From Eledone cirrhosa (lineage: Eukaryota), in the NCBI GenBank assembly GCA_964016885.1, contig OZ024741.1, positions 240,064,001-240,128,000 on the forward strand: a stretch of DNA of 64,000 nt, written 5' to 3'. The position numbers were made by a program, and so were the translations under genes. Shown one piece after another: positions 51,655 through 64,000 of the stretch (the first letter of the stretch is position 1; every line of letters starts with the position of its first letter). Below the pieces are notes generated by a model. The model saw nothing but the letters and a program-made list of their open reading frames with translations, searched no databases and was not told the DNA's origin.

Positions 51655-54030
51655 TGGGGTAGGTTTTGGTAAAGTTCTTGACTGAACTGAAGCTTCATAT
51701 TTATTCTGTAGCTGACCTTCTGAATAACATTCACTCTTTGATCTCTCAGAATATATATTTCTTTTTATCATCTCTTCTGTATTCCTTGACATAGCAACAG
51801 GATTGTTAGACTGATACAACAATTGTTTCATCTCTGTTCTACCTTGGTATGCTGTAGTCTTTGTTGTAGTAGCTGTGTTATCTCTGTGTTTAATACATTT
51901 CATTATACACAGTGTTATAGAAACAACAATAGCCACTGATACTATTACTGCTGATGATACAATGATAATAACCCATGTCATATGGACTCTACCTGAAGAT
52001 TGTATAGGTACACTTTTCAACATTGGTGATGTCTCATTACTAACAGCCAATACCAAAGTCACACTAGTTGTTGATGACTGAACTGGACTACCACTGTCTT
52101 TTACAACAAACTTTAGTTCATAACTTCCAGCATCATTTAGATAAACTTGTCTGGAGAATGATAAAGCACCACTGTGTGAGTTCATAGTAAACAACTGTTT
52201 ATTATTTCCTTGTATGATTCCATATGTGAGGAAAGCATTGTTTCCACTGTCACCATCAGATGCTCTCAAAACTGTGATGTCACTCTTACTCTGGGGATGG
52301 TAGTGGACATTTAGGGTGTAACGGTTAACACTAGGAAAGGTGAAATATGGAACATTGTCATTTTGATCTAAAATCTCAACAACAACATTAGCTGTGTCAT
52401 TCAGAGATGGACTTCCATTATCTTTGACAAAAACCTCAAATTTATACACATCTTGTTTCTCTCTGTCTAATGACATGGTGGCTGAAATAAAGCCATAACT
52501 GGTGATCAGAAATGGTAGATTTGATTTTTCTTTATGTATCAGAGAATATGTGAGTTGTCCAGCAGATCCAAGGTCAGGGTCAGTGGCATTGACAAAACCA
52601 ATAGGGAAGTCTTTATCTTTGTTTTCATAGGTCAGGAATTGGAATGTATCTTTGGTAAACTGTGGTTGTACATCATTGATATCAGTCACTTGGATAGAGA
52701 GAGTTTTAACACTTTTAAGAGGAGGTAATCCTTTATCTTGACATGAGACAGGAATGTTATAGTGTCCTTGTGTTTCTCTGTCTACTGGTTTGTTTAGAAC
52801 TATTTTATATTCTTTAGATCCCATTGACTGTAGTTTGAATGTATCATGTTTGATATCACAGCTGATCTCTCCATTTTGTCCAACATCATTGTCAGTGACC
52901 ATCACATAAGCAATGAAACTACCAACTTTGATCTTCTCAGAAATGGTAGCTGTGTGGTCATTGATAGCAGAAACATAATCTATATCAATAGATGGAGGGT
53001 TGTTGTGTTGGTTGATAACATTTACCAGAACTGTTGCTATGGAACTGAGAGGAGGGCTGCCTCCATCTCTAGCCTCAATAAACAGCTCATAGGTTTTCTT
53101 TTTTCCCAAACTTGAATATTTATTTAAGAAAATGTTTCCACTCGTTTCATTTAATTGAAAATAACTTTTTGCTAGATCTGATGTCTTTGGACTGAAATGG
53201 AAAGTAATTTTACCATTTTCACCAAAATCAGAATCTGTTACAGATAAAATAATGATAGGTTTAGATTTGTGATGTGTACTTTGTATGGATATATTGTATA
53301 GAGGTTTAGAAAACACTGGTTGGTTGTCATTCACATCTATTATAGAAATATTTATATTTAAAATACCTTCTTTTGATGGTGAACCTCCATCTTTAGCTAT
53401 GACCTGTAGTAAATATGTATCTTTGATTTCTCTATCTAATGATTCTTTTAAAACTATTTTAAGTGAAGAAATACCATCTGCTCTTTTAGCAACTGACAGA
53501 GAGAATGGTTCTCCATTCTTCGATTTCAATTGATATTGTATTAATGAGTTTTGAAAGCCTACATCCTTGTCTATGGCATTTGGTATTGACATCTTAGAAT
53601 CTTTGCGATCATTTTCGCTAAACTGTATATTGACACTATACATGGGAAAGACTGGTTGATGATCATTGATGTCTTCTATTACTATTTTGACTTTTATGAT
53701 TTTAGTGAAAGTTTCCACTTTTGTGATTATAATTTTAATAGTTCTAGAACACTCTTTGTTGAATGTACAGAGCTTCTCTGCATCCAGTGTCTGAGCAGTG
53801 TACAGTTTACCTGTTTTGGTGATATTAAATACATGTGCCACCTTTCGTTTGAATTGACTGAATGTTATCAATTGTTGGTCAGATGGTTTAACATTGTCTA
53901 AAAGTTTAGAATCAGCAGCAATGTCTGCTACATATGTTCCTGGACTTCTCTCTTCTTCCACATGGTAGGTAAGGTCTATGGTCAGAACACAGTGGACCAT
54001 TGATAATACAATAGACAATGACAGTAACAT
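51655..54030 (-). CDS. Pcdh: Protocadherin U7, large coding exon
   Basis: Six EC repeats and TM; acceptor at 54088/54087. Confidence 0.95.
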
Positions 54031-54359
54031 ATTGTTGTTGAAGTGTTGATACTGGTTAAAGTTGTTCTGATATTTTGAGGACTGAACCTAAAAGAGAAAT
54101 ACATTTCATCAATTATGTTGCTTTGACTGATAATTTCTGTAATATGCAATTAATTTTAGATGAAAATGTCAGTAAACAATTATCATGAAAGAAAATGTAG
54201 AGTTGAACTATTGCTTCTTTCTAGAATGTTCTAGATGTACAAAAGACAAAGAGGGAGAGTTATTGCATATGATGTATAAACTGAGTTCAAATCTGAGGTA
54301 TCAAATGATTTCGCAAGAAGTACACCATAACCATTATCGCAGCACAACATATCCAATTC

Positions 54360-54492
54360 AGAGAGAGACAGACAGATACAGAGATAGGGAGAGATACAGA
54401 GACAGAAGGAGAGATACAGAGATTGGGGGAGAGTCAGACAGATACAGAGATAGGGAGAGATACAGAGATAGGAGGAGAGTCAGACAGAGGGA
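54360..54492. repeat. GA-rich compound tandem repeat (GAGATACAGA...)
   Basis: Seen directly. Confidence 0.85.
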
Positions 54493-55689
54493 GGTAGAAA
54501 ATGAAACTAACTTCAGTAGTTGAATGGTATTTTATCAACCTTGGAAGAAAAATTTATTCTGCAGTCTTTGAACTCAGAACGGAAACAAACTGAACAAATA
54601 CTGCAAGACATTCTATATCATGCTCTAACCACTCTGTCCATTCATCACTGATATGCTTAGTTGAAGATTGTTCAAATGAAAAGCTAAATATTTCCCAAAT
54701 CGTCAATATCCTTAGAACAAGAGGATTATCTCCAGATGCTGTTGTGTCCTGTATATAAGAAATAAATATTTTGACTTCTAATCTCTCAATGCAGAGGAAT
54801 AGTAGCTCTAATCTCAAAGCTACGCACTCTATAGAGTAACAATACTTAAAAGGCCATTCAGAGGAACCCCGTTTTAATTGCTTGTATTTGCAATCACATT
54901 CTTTCTTTCATTACATAAGATTCATAATAAAAGGTAAATGAGTGTTTAGGAAAAGAATTGAGGGATAGATTTTACAGAGAAAGGCCACAAACAAGATGGT
55001 TGGATAACACTCATAAGATTGGTTGGTCTCGCTTGGGAATCCAGCCAGATTATGTGGAGGTGGTTACTTCTGATAAGACCCTCTGGAAAGAGTGTTTAAG
55101 GACTAACCCCACTACCCCAACTGGAATAAGTGGGTGAAGAAAAGAAAAAATAGATCATCAGGAAAGGAATAAAAGTCAGTAACTGGACTGACAGAGAATA
55201 AATGTAATATCAGTGGACTGTATCATATTGTCGAACCTGCTTATAGATGTAAGTGGTAAATGGATTGCTCTTTGCCATGGAACCTACTTGTAGCCAGACT
55301 TCAATGACTTATGTATTTACATATTAGTGGATTGTACCTCACTACAGTATCTAAGTACAGCTAAGAGAACCCTTCACTGGAAACACAATTAGGTGAATAA
55401 CATATTAAGAAATGAGAGAGACTTCTGAATAACAAAGCAATCCTATAGCATAAGGAGATTTAACTTCAATACAACAATTTAACAAAATTTCCACCAATTA
55501 CATCTTGTAATGCCTATATTATTTTGAAGGCTTCATTAACTATTTTATTTACTATATTTCAATGCATGTTTAATATATGAAGAAAAATGAATTAATAAAT
55601 GTAAATCAACAAACATGATGTTACTTGTCGTGTAGTCAACAGCTGATATGAGAAAAAATAGCTAATTTTCTGAGTCACAAGAATTAATA

Positions 55690-56580
55690 GATACATTAGA
55701 AAGAGGCAATTACAGAAACATCAAATTATGGGATCAGATTATGAAGGTTACCCAATATATAATAGACAGATTTTATCTTTTGCAAGAGAAACAATTGGGC
55801 TGGCTTATTTATTTGATGCTGAAGGAAAGTTTTATGAACTTAGTGTCAAGCATTTGAAGTAGATAGAAGCTGTGGAAAAGAAAGACCAAGAAAGAAATGG
55901 GATGAAGTTCTGAAAAATGATCCCAAGAAACAGAGCCTCATGAAGAAGATGACCCAGGATTGTGATGACTGGCAATTTGTTGTACTAAAAAAGACCCATC
56001 CACACAGACAAGAATTGCAAAGTTAAAAGTAAATGTAATGAGAGATTGGAGACTACAAGGAGTGTAAAGCACCTAGAGTGGATGAGACTTCTCTAATGTT
56101 GGTCTCACAATAGACACTCTGTAAAGTAGTGGAAAAACAATGTGTCAATGTAGTGTAGAGAGTACCTATTGGTCCTGCTGACATGATAAAATAGGCCCAG
56201 TATATCCCATAATATGGTTGTAATAAAATGGAGGCAATACAGGGTAGGGAGAACTCTTCAATCTTGCCAAATACATGACAACCTCTCTCATGTTGGCGAT
56301 ACAATAAAATACACCCAGCACATGCTGTAAAAGTGCGAGAGCTCATGAAACAATACATTGCATCCGATACATTCTGTAAAGTGGTAGTGGTGATGCCATG
56401 ATAAAATTCACCCAATATAATCTGTAAAGTAGTTGGCATTAGGGAGGACATCCAGCTGTAGAAACCACCAAACATATAGAATGTAAAAGCAAATAAAAGT
56501 GGTTCTATGACACACCTAGTCTCAAAAAGTGTTGTACTGTCTCATCCAGTCAAGCTTGGAAAATCAGCATAAAATGATGA
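55690..56580 (+). mobile_element. Degraded, internally deleted LINE remnant
   Basis: RT piece (LERGNYRNIKLWDQIMKV) followed by 3'-end sequence; paralogous copy at 63270-64000. Confidence 0.65.
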
Positions 56581-58817
56581 TTGACATTAATTCTGGTTTC
56601 TGTAGTGTCAAGTGGATGAAAGACTCATCTCCTTCTATATTACAGAGTGATCTGATGTAGGTAATTTTCCCCGTAGGAAGAATTGAACGTAGCTCTGTTA
56701 GCCAACCAATATTTCACCTCTTTGATATTATTGTAGTGAGTTAGACCAGTTAAATCTAGGCAGGAGAGGGGGTATACAACATGTTTCTTAATTAACAATT
56801 CATTGCTTCTAAAAGTTCTTTAAACTAACATTTTTACTCTCAATTCAATCTTTAAAATAAGAAATAAAACTTTCACAATATATATTTGATAATTTCCTCA
56901 TCCTCATCACAGCACTTTGTCGTTAATATGTAAATTCCTTCTTCCTAAGAACTACACTGCTCTAGAAATTACTCACTAGCTACGCCTGTTAGTATTTAAC
57001 AAAGTTATAATTCTTCAAAGATAATATCAACTACATCAGATTCATAGAAATTCTCATTTATGAAAATCAATAAACATAATTTCTGAGATGTTTTTTAACA
57101 CATAAAACTGATTTATTTCATGTCTTCAATTAATCTCTCATTCCTTGTTAATTTCCTCATGCCATAGATGTTTAACCTTCATCTCACATAAGTATCTCAT
57201 ATAATATCGAATCTACAAGATTCTGATATTATTTATTTTGAGAACAATACCTTAACATAAATATGAGCAGCTGGTTGCAGCCGGTTTGAACAGAAAGAGG
57301 TGAGAGAATTGTGACTGGACACGGCTGATTTAAATCCTACAGGGTTAAATTCCTCAAGTTTCAAAAATATTTTAAGGAATATTCACCAAAGGAGTTACTT
57401 AAAAGAAAGTTTTATGTAAAAGGTAAACTTGTAAACACTTCTAGAAAGTTCTATCCAGAGGTAGACTTTATCAATCATTAGTTCAATAATGCCAAATACC
57501 TTTGTAGCTCTATTTAAGTTTATTTTACTATCTAAACTTATAATTCTGAGATTTAGACATATCTATATGATATTCCACTGGTTGAACTAAACAATGCCAG
57601 TGACATTTGTTATAAGCAGTAAACTGTTTAAAGAAGCAAAAGGGAAAAAAATAACCTCTGTACAGAAACTAAGGACCCATATTATAGAGCATGAGGAAAC
57701 TTCATATATTTATAAACTGTTATCAAGTCTATCTTTATGAACACTTATAACATCAGTGTTATTTACTAGGAGTATAATGTATATAGGAACTCCTCAAATT
57801 ATAAACCAAGGAAGGAACAAGTGAAAAGTGAATGTTTCAAAATATTATAAAGAAACAGAGACATATGTAATATTTAGCTTAAAGTGGTGGTTCAGAGAGG
57901 CCAGGATGTTTTGAAGAACAGAGATCATTAATAGCAGTTAGTATAAATTTATCAAAAACATACATAGAGAATATATAAAAAAAGAGTTAAAGAAATAGAT
58001 TTCTAGTTCTTAATTTAACTTTCGTATACATTTAAAACTAATTTAATCATTCAGATAAAAAATAATAGAAGGTTGTAAATAAAAAACTATTGATTAATAT
58101 AGTTTTAAATATGGCAAAATTAAATTAAAGAAATAAAGTAGAAAGTTGTTGAAAAAAATTATATTTTACTACTACAAAGAAACGTTAGAAACAAATACAC
58201 AGAATTTAAAATGTTTATAATTTAACATGAAATAGGGCTAGTCTTTATTTTAAGGTCTTCTATAACGTACCACCATGTTTCTATTCACTTACTGACAGCT
58301 GTAAATTGTAATATGTCCGCCATTATCCCTAACCAAAATCTATAACACACCACTATCTCATTGTACATGTTATAATCACAATGTACATGCTATAATCACA
58401 TTAAAGCACATTGTAAAATATGTATATCTATTTTATACCAAACATTTTAACATATGCTTTATATCTTTTCTTTATACACACACATCATTATATCTTACAA
58501 CAAAAAGAAACACACACTACAACACTATACTATATAGACTGTCCTCTATTGTTACTGTTCAGTATACGTAACAAATATTATAGACACACAGATAATATTC
58601 TTTCTATGAAATAAAACCTAAATATAAAGCATTTTCACCTACATCATCCAATTGTGATATCAAACAATATGGACAATATTAATGAAATATATATGAATTA
58701 TTGTTCAAACTCTTTGTTCTCATGTTGATATTAAATATGTTAGAAAAATATCTTACATATTTACTGAGATTTAGTATATAAGATGATATTAAAAAATGAG
58801 ATTAAATAGAAACTTAC

Positions 58818-59256
58818 CTCTTTAATAATTATATCATTGGTTATTCAGTGAGAAGAGAAAGATGTATTGTTGTAGAAAGCTCCATTGTAAGTGCTACTGT
58901 AATGGTGTGTGACAATGGCTGTATGTTGATGGAGTAGTGTAGCACGTCAGGCAGATAGTCTGCTGCTAGGATAGGGTTGTGTGTGTTATTGAAGTTCTAT
59001 GTTTGTAGCAGTACATCTCTGTAATAATATTGTGTATGTATTTATCCTTAAAGATGATGTTTGTTTACTGTTATCATTAACTATTTACATATTTATCTAG
59101 ATATATATTTAAATAGCTACAATATTGTATATAACATGACATGAATGTATAGTTTAATAACATCAGTAATGTGTATATTTCTCTTTGTTAGTGATTTCTG
59201 TCTATGTTTTAGTGAGAATCTGATTGGTCAAATGACCTAATCCGAAGACCAATGAC
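58818..59256 (-). promoter_or_regulatory. U7 promoter and non-coding exon 1 block
   Basis: Copy of the conserved block. Confidence 0.75.
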
Positions 59257-59691
59257 AGATATTCTCATTAATATTGATTAATGTTAGTGAAGCAGACATC
59301 TCATATTTATAGGAAAAGAGATGCTGCGATGATCATGCCTTTCTCATATCAATATATATACTATTAAGAAACAATCAAAATTTATTTATATTAATCCTAA
59401 AATATAAAAGAAATCTTACAACCTTTAAAGAACATGGAAAATTATATAAAGTATCAAATATTATGCTACATAATAGAGAGTTATAATTTATTTACTGTAA
59501 CATATTTAAAACTATTTTTCAATTAAAGGAAACTTACCTAAATTTAAATATATCAATGATTCACTTTTTCAGATGGACTATAGTTAAAAACGAATGTGTA
59601 TATTAGTATGTGTGTTTGATTTATGAGTACAGTACAGTCGATATTATATATTCATATAGAAAAATTGAGCTATGCCACATCAATAAGATAA

Positions 59692-59768
59692 TTACACATG
59701 TTTCACTGGTGTTTCTTCACTGGAATCCTTTGATGTAGACGTATCATTGTTTTTGTATATATTTTGAT
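59692..59768 (-). CDS. Pcdh: Protocadherin U8, terminal exon C
   Basis: Acceptor TTCCAG|AT; only synonymous differences from U3. Confidence 0.85.
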
Positions 59769-59963
59769 CTGGAATTTAAACATGAAACACATTTTACATC
59801 ATAATAGACCATTCTGTTATTTAGTAAACAATATGAAAAGAAATAAAAAAGATATAATTCTGAGTTTGTTATCAGACAGAAGAGAAAATTGCTATTGAAT
59901 GGTTAATAAATATCTATAAACAGTTGTTAACTGAATAAATGTGAGATGATATCAAAATATAAT

Positions 59964-60149
59964 TGTTTCTACGTTAGGCACAAGGCCAGCAATTACCCAG
60001 TGCATTACTGGTACTTTATTTTATCGACCCCGTAAGGATGAAAGGCAAAGTTAACCTCAGCGGGATTTAAAGTCAGAATAGCAAGGGCCGTAACTCTATA
60101 CGTCAAAGCATGGCGTCTGACCCTCTACCAATACTACCAATCCACCGCC
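59964..60149 (-). mobile_element. Full-length SINE (family A) in U8 intron 3
   Basis: TSD GATGATATCAAAATATAAT. Confidence 0.9.
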
Positions 60150-60192
60150 CTTGATGATATCAAAATATAATATAAGCAAAGTAGATATTGAC

Positions 60193-60358
60193 CTGATATT
60201 CCTGGTATTTCTTCATAATGTTTCATATCACCTTCATTCAATACACGTCTACTACTTCTCTTAGATGACATTGTATCTGATGTATAGTTACAAACTATAG
60301 GAGGATTATCTTCCACAGCATCATCAGTTGATGTCACCACAACAGGTTGACAGTATTT
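60193..60358 (-). CDS. Pcdh: Protocadherin U8, coding exon B
   Basis: Donor CAG|GTCAAT (GT kept, read-through stop lost). Confidence 0.85.
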
Positions 60359-60541
60359 CTGTTGACAAATAAACCAAGAGAAATGTGAGGAGACATCAAA
60401 CAATCCTAGTTACAATAAACATCAAGTTTACAATTTAATAATGGACTATATTATTGAAGATAAAACATTGTTAAAATAATCTTATTGTTTATCTTTTACA
60501 TATAAAGTAAAGATAGAAAATATTTTAATCTTTTCACTTAC

Positions 60542-62917
60542 TGGGGTAGGTTTTGGTAAAGTTCTTGACTGAACTGAAGCTTCATATTTATTCTGTAGCT
60601 GACCTTCTGAATAACATTCACTCTTTGATCTCTCAGAATATATATTTCTTTTTATCATCTCTTCTGTATTCCTTGACATAGCAACAGGATTGTTAGACTG
60701 ATACAACAATTGTTTCATCTCTGTTCTACCTTGGTATGCTGTAGTGTTTGTTGTAGTAGCTGTGTTATCTCTGTGTTTAATACATTTCATTATACACAGT
60801 GTTATAGAAACAACAATAGCCACTGATACTATTACTGCTGATGATACAATGATAATAACCCATGTCATATGGACTCTACCTGAAGATTGTAAAGGTACAC
60901 TTTTCAACATTGGTGATGTCTCATTACTAACAGCCAATACCAAAGTCACACTAGTTGTTGATGACTGAACTGGACTACCACTGTCTTTTACAACAAACTT
61001 TAGTTCATAACTTCCAGCATCATTTAGATAAACTTGTCTGGAGAATGATAAAGCACCACTGTGTGAGTTCATAGTAAACAACTGTTTATTATTTCCTTGT
61101 ATGATTTCATATGTGAGGAAAGCATTGTTTCCACTGTCACCATCAGATGCTCTGAAAACTGTGATGTCACTTTTACTCTGGGGATGGTAGTGGACATTTA
61201 GGGTGTAAGGGTCAACACTAGGAAAGGTGAAATATGGAACATTGTCATTTTGATCTAAAATCTCAACAACAACATTGGCTGTGTCATTTAGAGATGGACT
61301 TCCATTATCTTTGACAAAAACTTCAAATTTATACACATCTTGTTTCTCTCTGTCTAATGACATGGTGGCTGAAATAAAGCCATAACTGGTGATCAGAAAT
61401 GGTAGATTTGATTTTTCTTTATGTATCAGAGAATATGTGAGTTGTCCAGCAGATCCAAGGTCAGGGTCAGTGGCATTGACAAAACCAATAGGGAAGTCTT
61501 TATCTTTGTTTTCATAGGTTAGGAATTGGAATGTATCTTTGGTAAACTGTGGTTGTACATCATTGATATCAGTCACTTGGATAGAGAGAGTTTTAACACT
61601 TTTAAGAGGTGGTAATCCTTTATCTTGACATGAGACAGGAATGTTATAGTGTCCTTGTGTTTCTCTGTCTACTGGTTTGTTTAGAACTATTTTATATTCT
61701 TTAGATCCCATTGACTGTAGTTTGAATGTATCATGTTTGATATCACAGCTGACCTCTCCATTTTGTCCAACATCATTGTCAGTGACCATCACATAAGCAA
61801 TGAAACTGCCAACTTTGATCTTCTCAGAAATGGTTCCTGAGTTATAATTGGTTGCAGAAACATAATCTATATCAATAGATGGAGGGTTGTTGTGTTGGTT
61901 GATAACATTTACCAGAACTGTTGCTATGGAACTGAAGGGAGGGTTACCCCCATCTCTGGCCTCGATAAACAGTTCATAGGTTTTCTTTTTTCCCAAACTT
62001 GAATATTTACTTAAGAAAATGTTTCCACTGGTTTCATTTAACTGAAAATAACTTTTTGTTAGATCTGATGTTTTGGGGCTAAAATGGAAAGTAATTTTAC
62101 CATTTTCACCAGAATCAGAATCTGTTACAGATAAAACAATGATAGGTTTAGATTTGTGATGTGTACTTTGTATGGATATATTATATAGAGGTTTAGAAAA
62201 TACTGGTGGGTTGTCATTCACATCTATTATAGAGATATTTATATTTAAAATACCTTGTTTAGATGGTGAACCTCCATCTTTAGCTATGACTTGTAGTAAA
62301 TATGTATCTTTGATTTCTCTATCTAATGATTCTTTTAAAACTATTTTAAGTGAAGAAATACCATCTGCTCTTTTAGAGACAGACAGAGAGAATGGTTCTC
62401 CATTCTTGGATTTTAATTTATATTGTATTAATGAGTTCTGAAAACCTACATCTTTGTCTATGGCATTTGGTAGCGATCTCTTTGAACCTTTGCGATCATC
62501 TTCACCAAATTGTATGTTGACATTCTTTATAGGAAACTCTGGTTGATGGTCATTGATGTCTTCTATTACTATTTTGACTTTTAATATTTTTGTAAAAGTT
62601 TCCACTTTCTTTATAATAATTTTCACAGTTCTAGAACATTCTTTGTTGAAAGAACAAAGTTTCTCTGCATCCAGTGTCTGAGCAGTGTACAGTTTACCTG
62701 TTTTCGTGATATTAAATAACTGTGCCACCTTTCGTTTAAATTGACTGAATGTTATCAATTGTTGGTCAGATGGTTTAACATTGTCTAAAAGTTTAGAATC
62801 AGCAGCAATGTCTGCTACATATGTTCCTGGACTTCTTTCTTCTTCCACATGGTAGGTAAGGTCTATGGTCAGAACACAGTGTACCATTGATAATACAATA
62901 GACAATGACAGTAACAT
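60542..62917 (-). CDS. Pcdh: Protocadherin U8, large coding exon
   Basis: Six EC repeats and TM; acceptor TTTCAG|A at 62981/62980. Confidence 0.95.
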
Positions 62918-63269
62918 ATTGTTGTAGTTGTTGTTGTGTTGGTACTGGTTAAAGATGTCCAGATATGCTGAGGATTGAATCTGAAACAGATATACATTTC
63001 ATCAATTATCATATTTTGACAGATTATAAGCAATCTATAGCATAAGAGATTTAACTTCAATACAGCAATCTCACAAAACTTTCATCCTGTTATGTCTATA
63101 TAATTTTGAAGGCTTCATTAACTATTTTATTCACTATATTTCAATGTGTTTCATAAGTGAAAAAAAATGAATTAATACATTTAGACCCCAAACATGAATG
63201 ATGTTATTTGTGGTGGAGTCAACAGTTGATATGAGAGAAAATAGCCAATTTTCTGAGTTACAAGAATTA

Positions 63270-64000
63270 ATAGATACATTAGGAAGAGGCAATTACAGAA
63301 ACATCAAATTATGGGATCAGATTATGAAGGTTACCCATTATATAATAGACAGATTTTATCTTTTGCAAGAGAAACAATTGGGCTGGCTTGTTTATTTGAT
63401 GCTGAAGGAAAGTTTTATGAATTTAGTACCAAGCATTTGAAGTAGATAGAAGCTGTGGAAAAGAGAGACCAAGAAAGACATGAGATGAAGTTCTGAAAAA
63501 TGATCCCAAGAAACAGAGCCTCATGAAGAAGATGACCCAGGATTGTGATGACTGGCAATTTGTTGTACTAAAATAGACCCATCCACTCAGACAAGAATTG
63601 CAAAGTTAAAAGTAAATGTAATGAAAGATTGGAGACTGCATGGAGTAGAAAGCACCTATAGTGGATGAGACAACTTCTCTCAGTGGAGAAACATACTCAG
63701 TCAATGTAAGGTAGAGAGTACCTTTTGGTCCTGCTGAGGACTTGGCAATCTTTCCAGTGTTGCTAACATGATAAAAGATGCCCAGTACATCCTGCAATAT
63801 AGTTGACATCGAATGGAGATAATATAAAGTGGGGAGAACTCTTCAATCTTGCTAAATACATGACAACCTCTCTCATGCTGGGAACACAATAAAATACACC
63901 CAGCACATGCTGTAAAAGTGCTAGAGCTCATGAAACAATACATTGCATCCGATACACTCTGTAAAGTGGTAGTGATGATGCCATGATAACATTCCCCCAT
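63270..64000 (+). mobile_element. Degraded LINE remnant, paralogue of 55690-56410
   Basis: Direct similarity to U7 intron 1; runs off the window. Confidence 0.65.

Noticed and set aside
54185-54523. Arg/Asp-rich 112-aa ORF
   Set aside because: Translation of a GA-rich simple repeat
8614-59256. Periodic conserved blocks as a CRISPR-like array or recombination signals for somatic rearrangement
   Set aside because: Eukaryotic tandem gene units explain the periodicity; no heptamer/nonamer-type signals seen, and the only transposase is a pseudogene

Overview
AT-rich eukaryotic DNA, most likely an octopus or other coleoid cephalopod (inferred from gene family and SINE/LINE repertoire, not proven). 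The window holds eight head-to-tail protocadherin genes on the minus strand, U1-U8 by coordinate. Each unit appears to be a complete gene. It has a conserved promoter and non-coding exon 1, then a TE-rich intron 1, then a large exon (signal peptide, 6 cadherin repeats, TM, juxtamembrane tail). A 166-nt exon follows, then a 77-nt terminal coding exon ending ...EETP(V/I)KHV*, which the ORF track misses. The U1 terminal exon and the U8 promoter are not in the window. EC4-EC6, TM, tail and intron 2 are nearly identical across paralogues. Variation concentrates at the end of EC1, the start of EC2, the end of EC3 and the start of EC4, and is assorted in mosaic blocks. U6 looks like a U5/U7 chimera made by unequal crossover. 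Introns carry RTE-type LINE fragments, tRNA-derived SINEs with TSDs, a decayed Chapaev3-like DNA transposon with a nested LINE, and simple repeats. All exon structures are inferred from splice signals and cross-paralogue conservation, not from transcripts.
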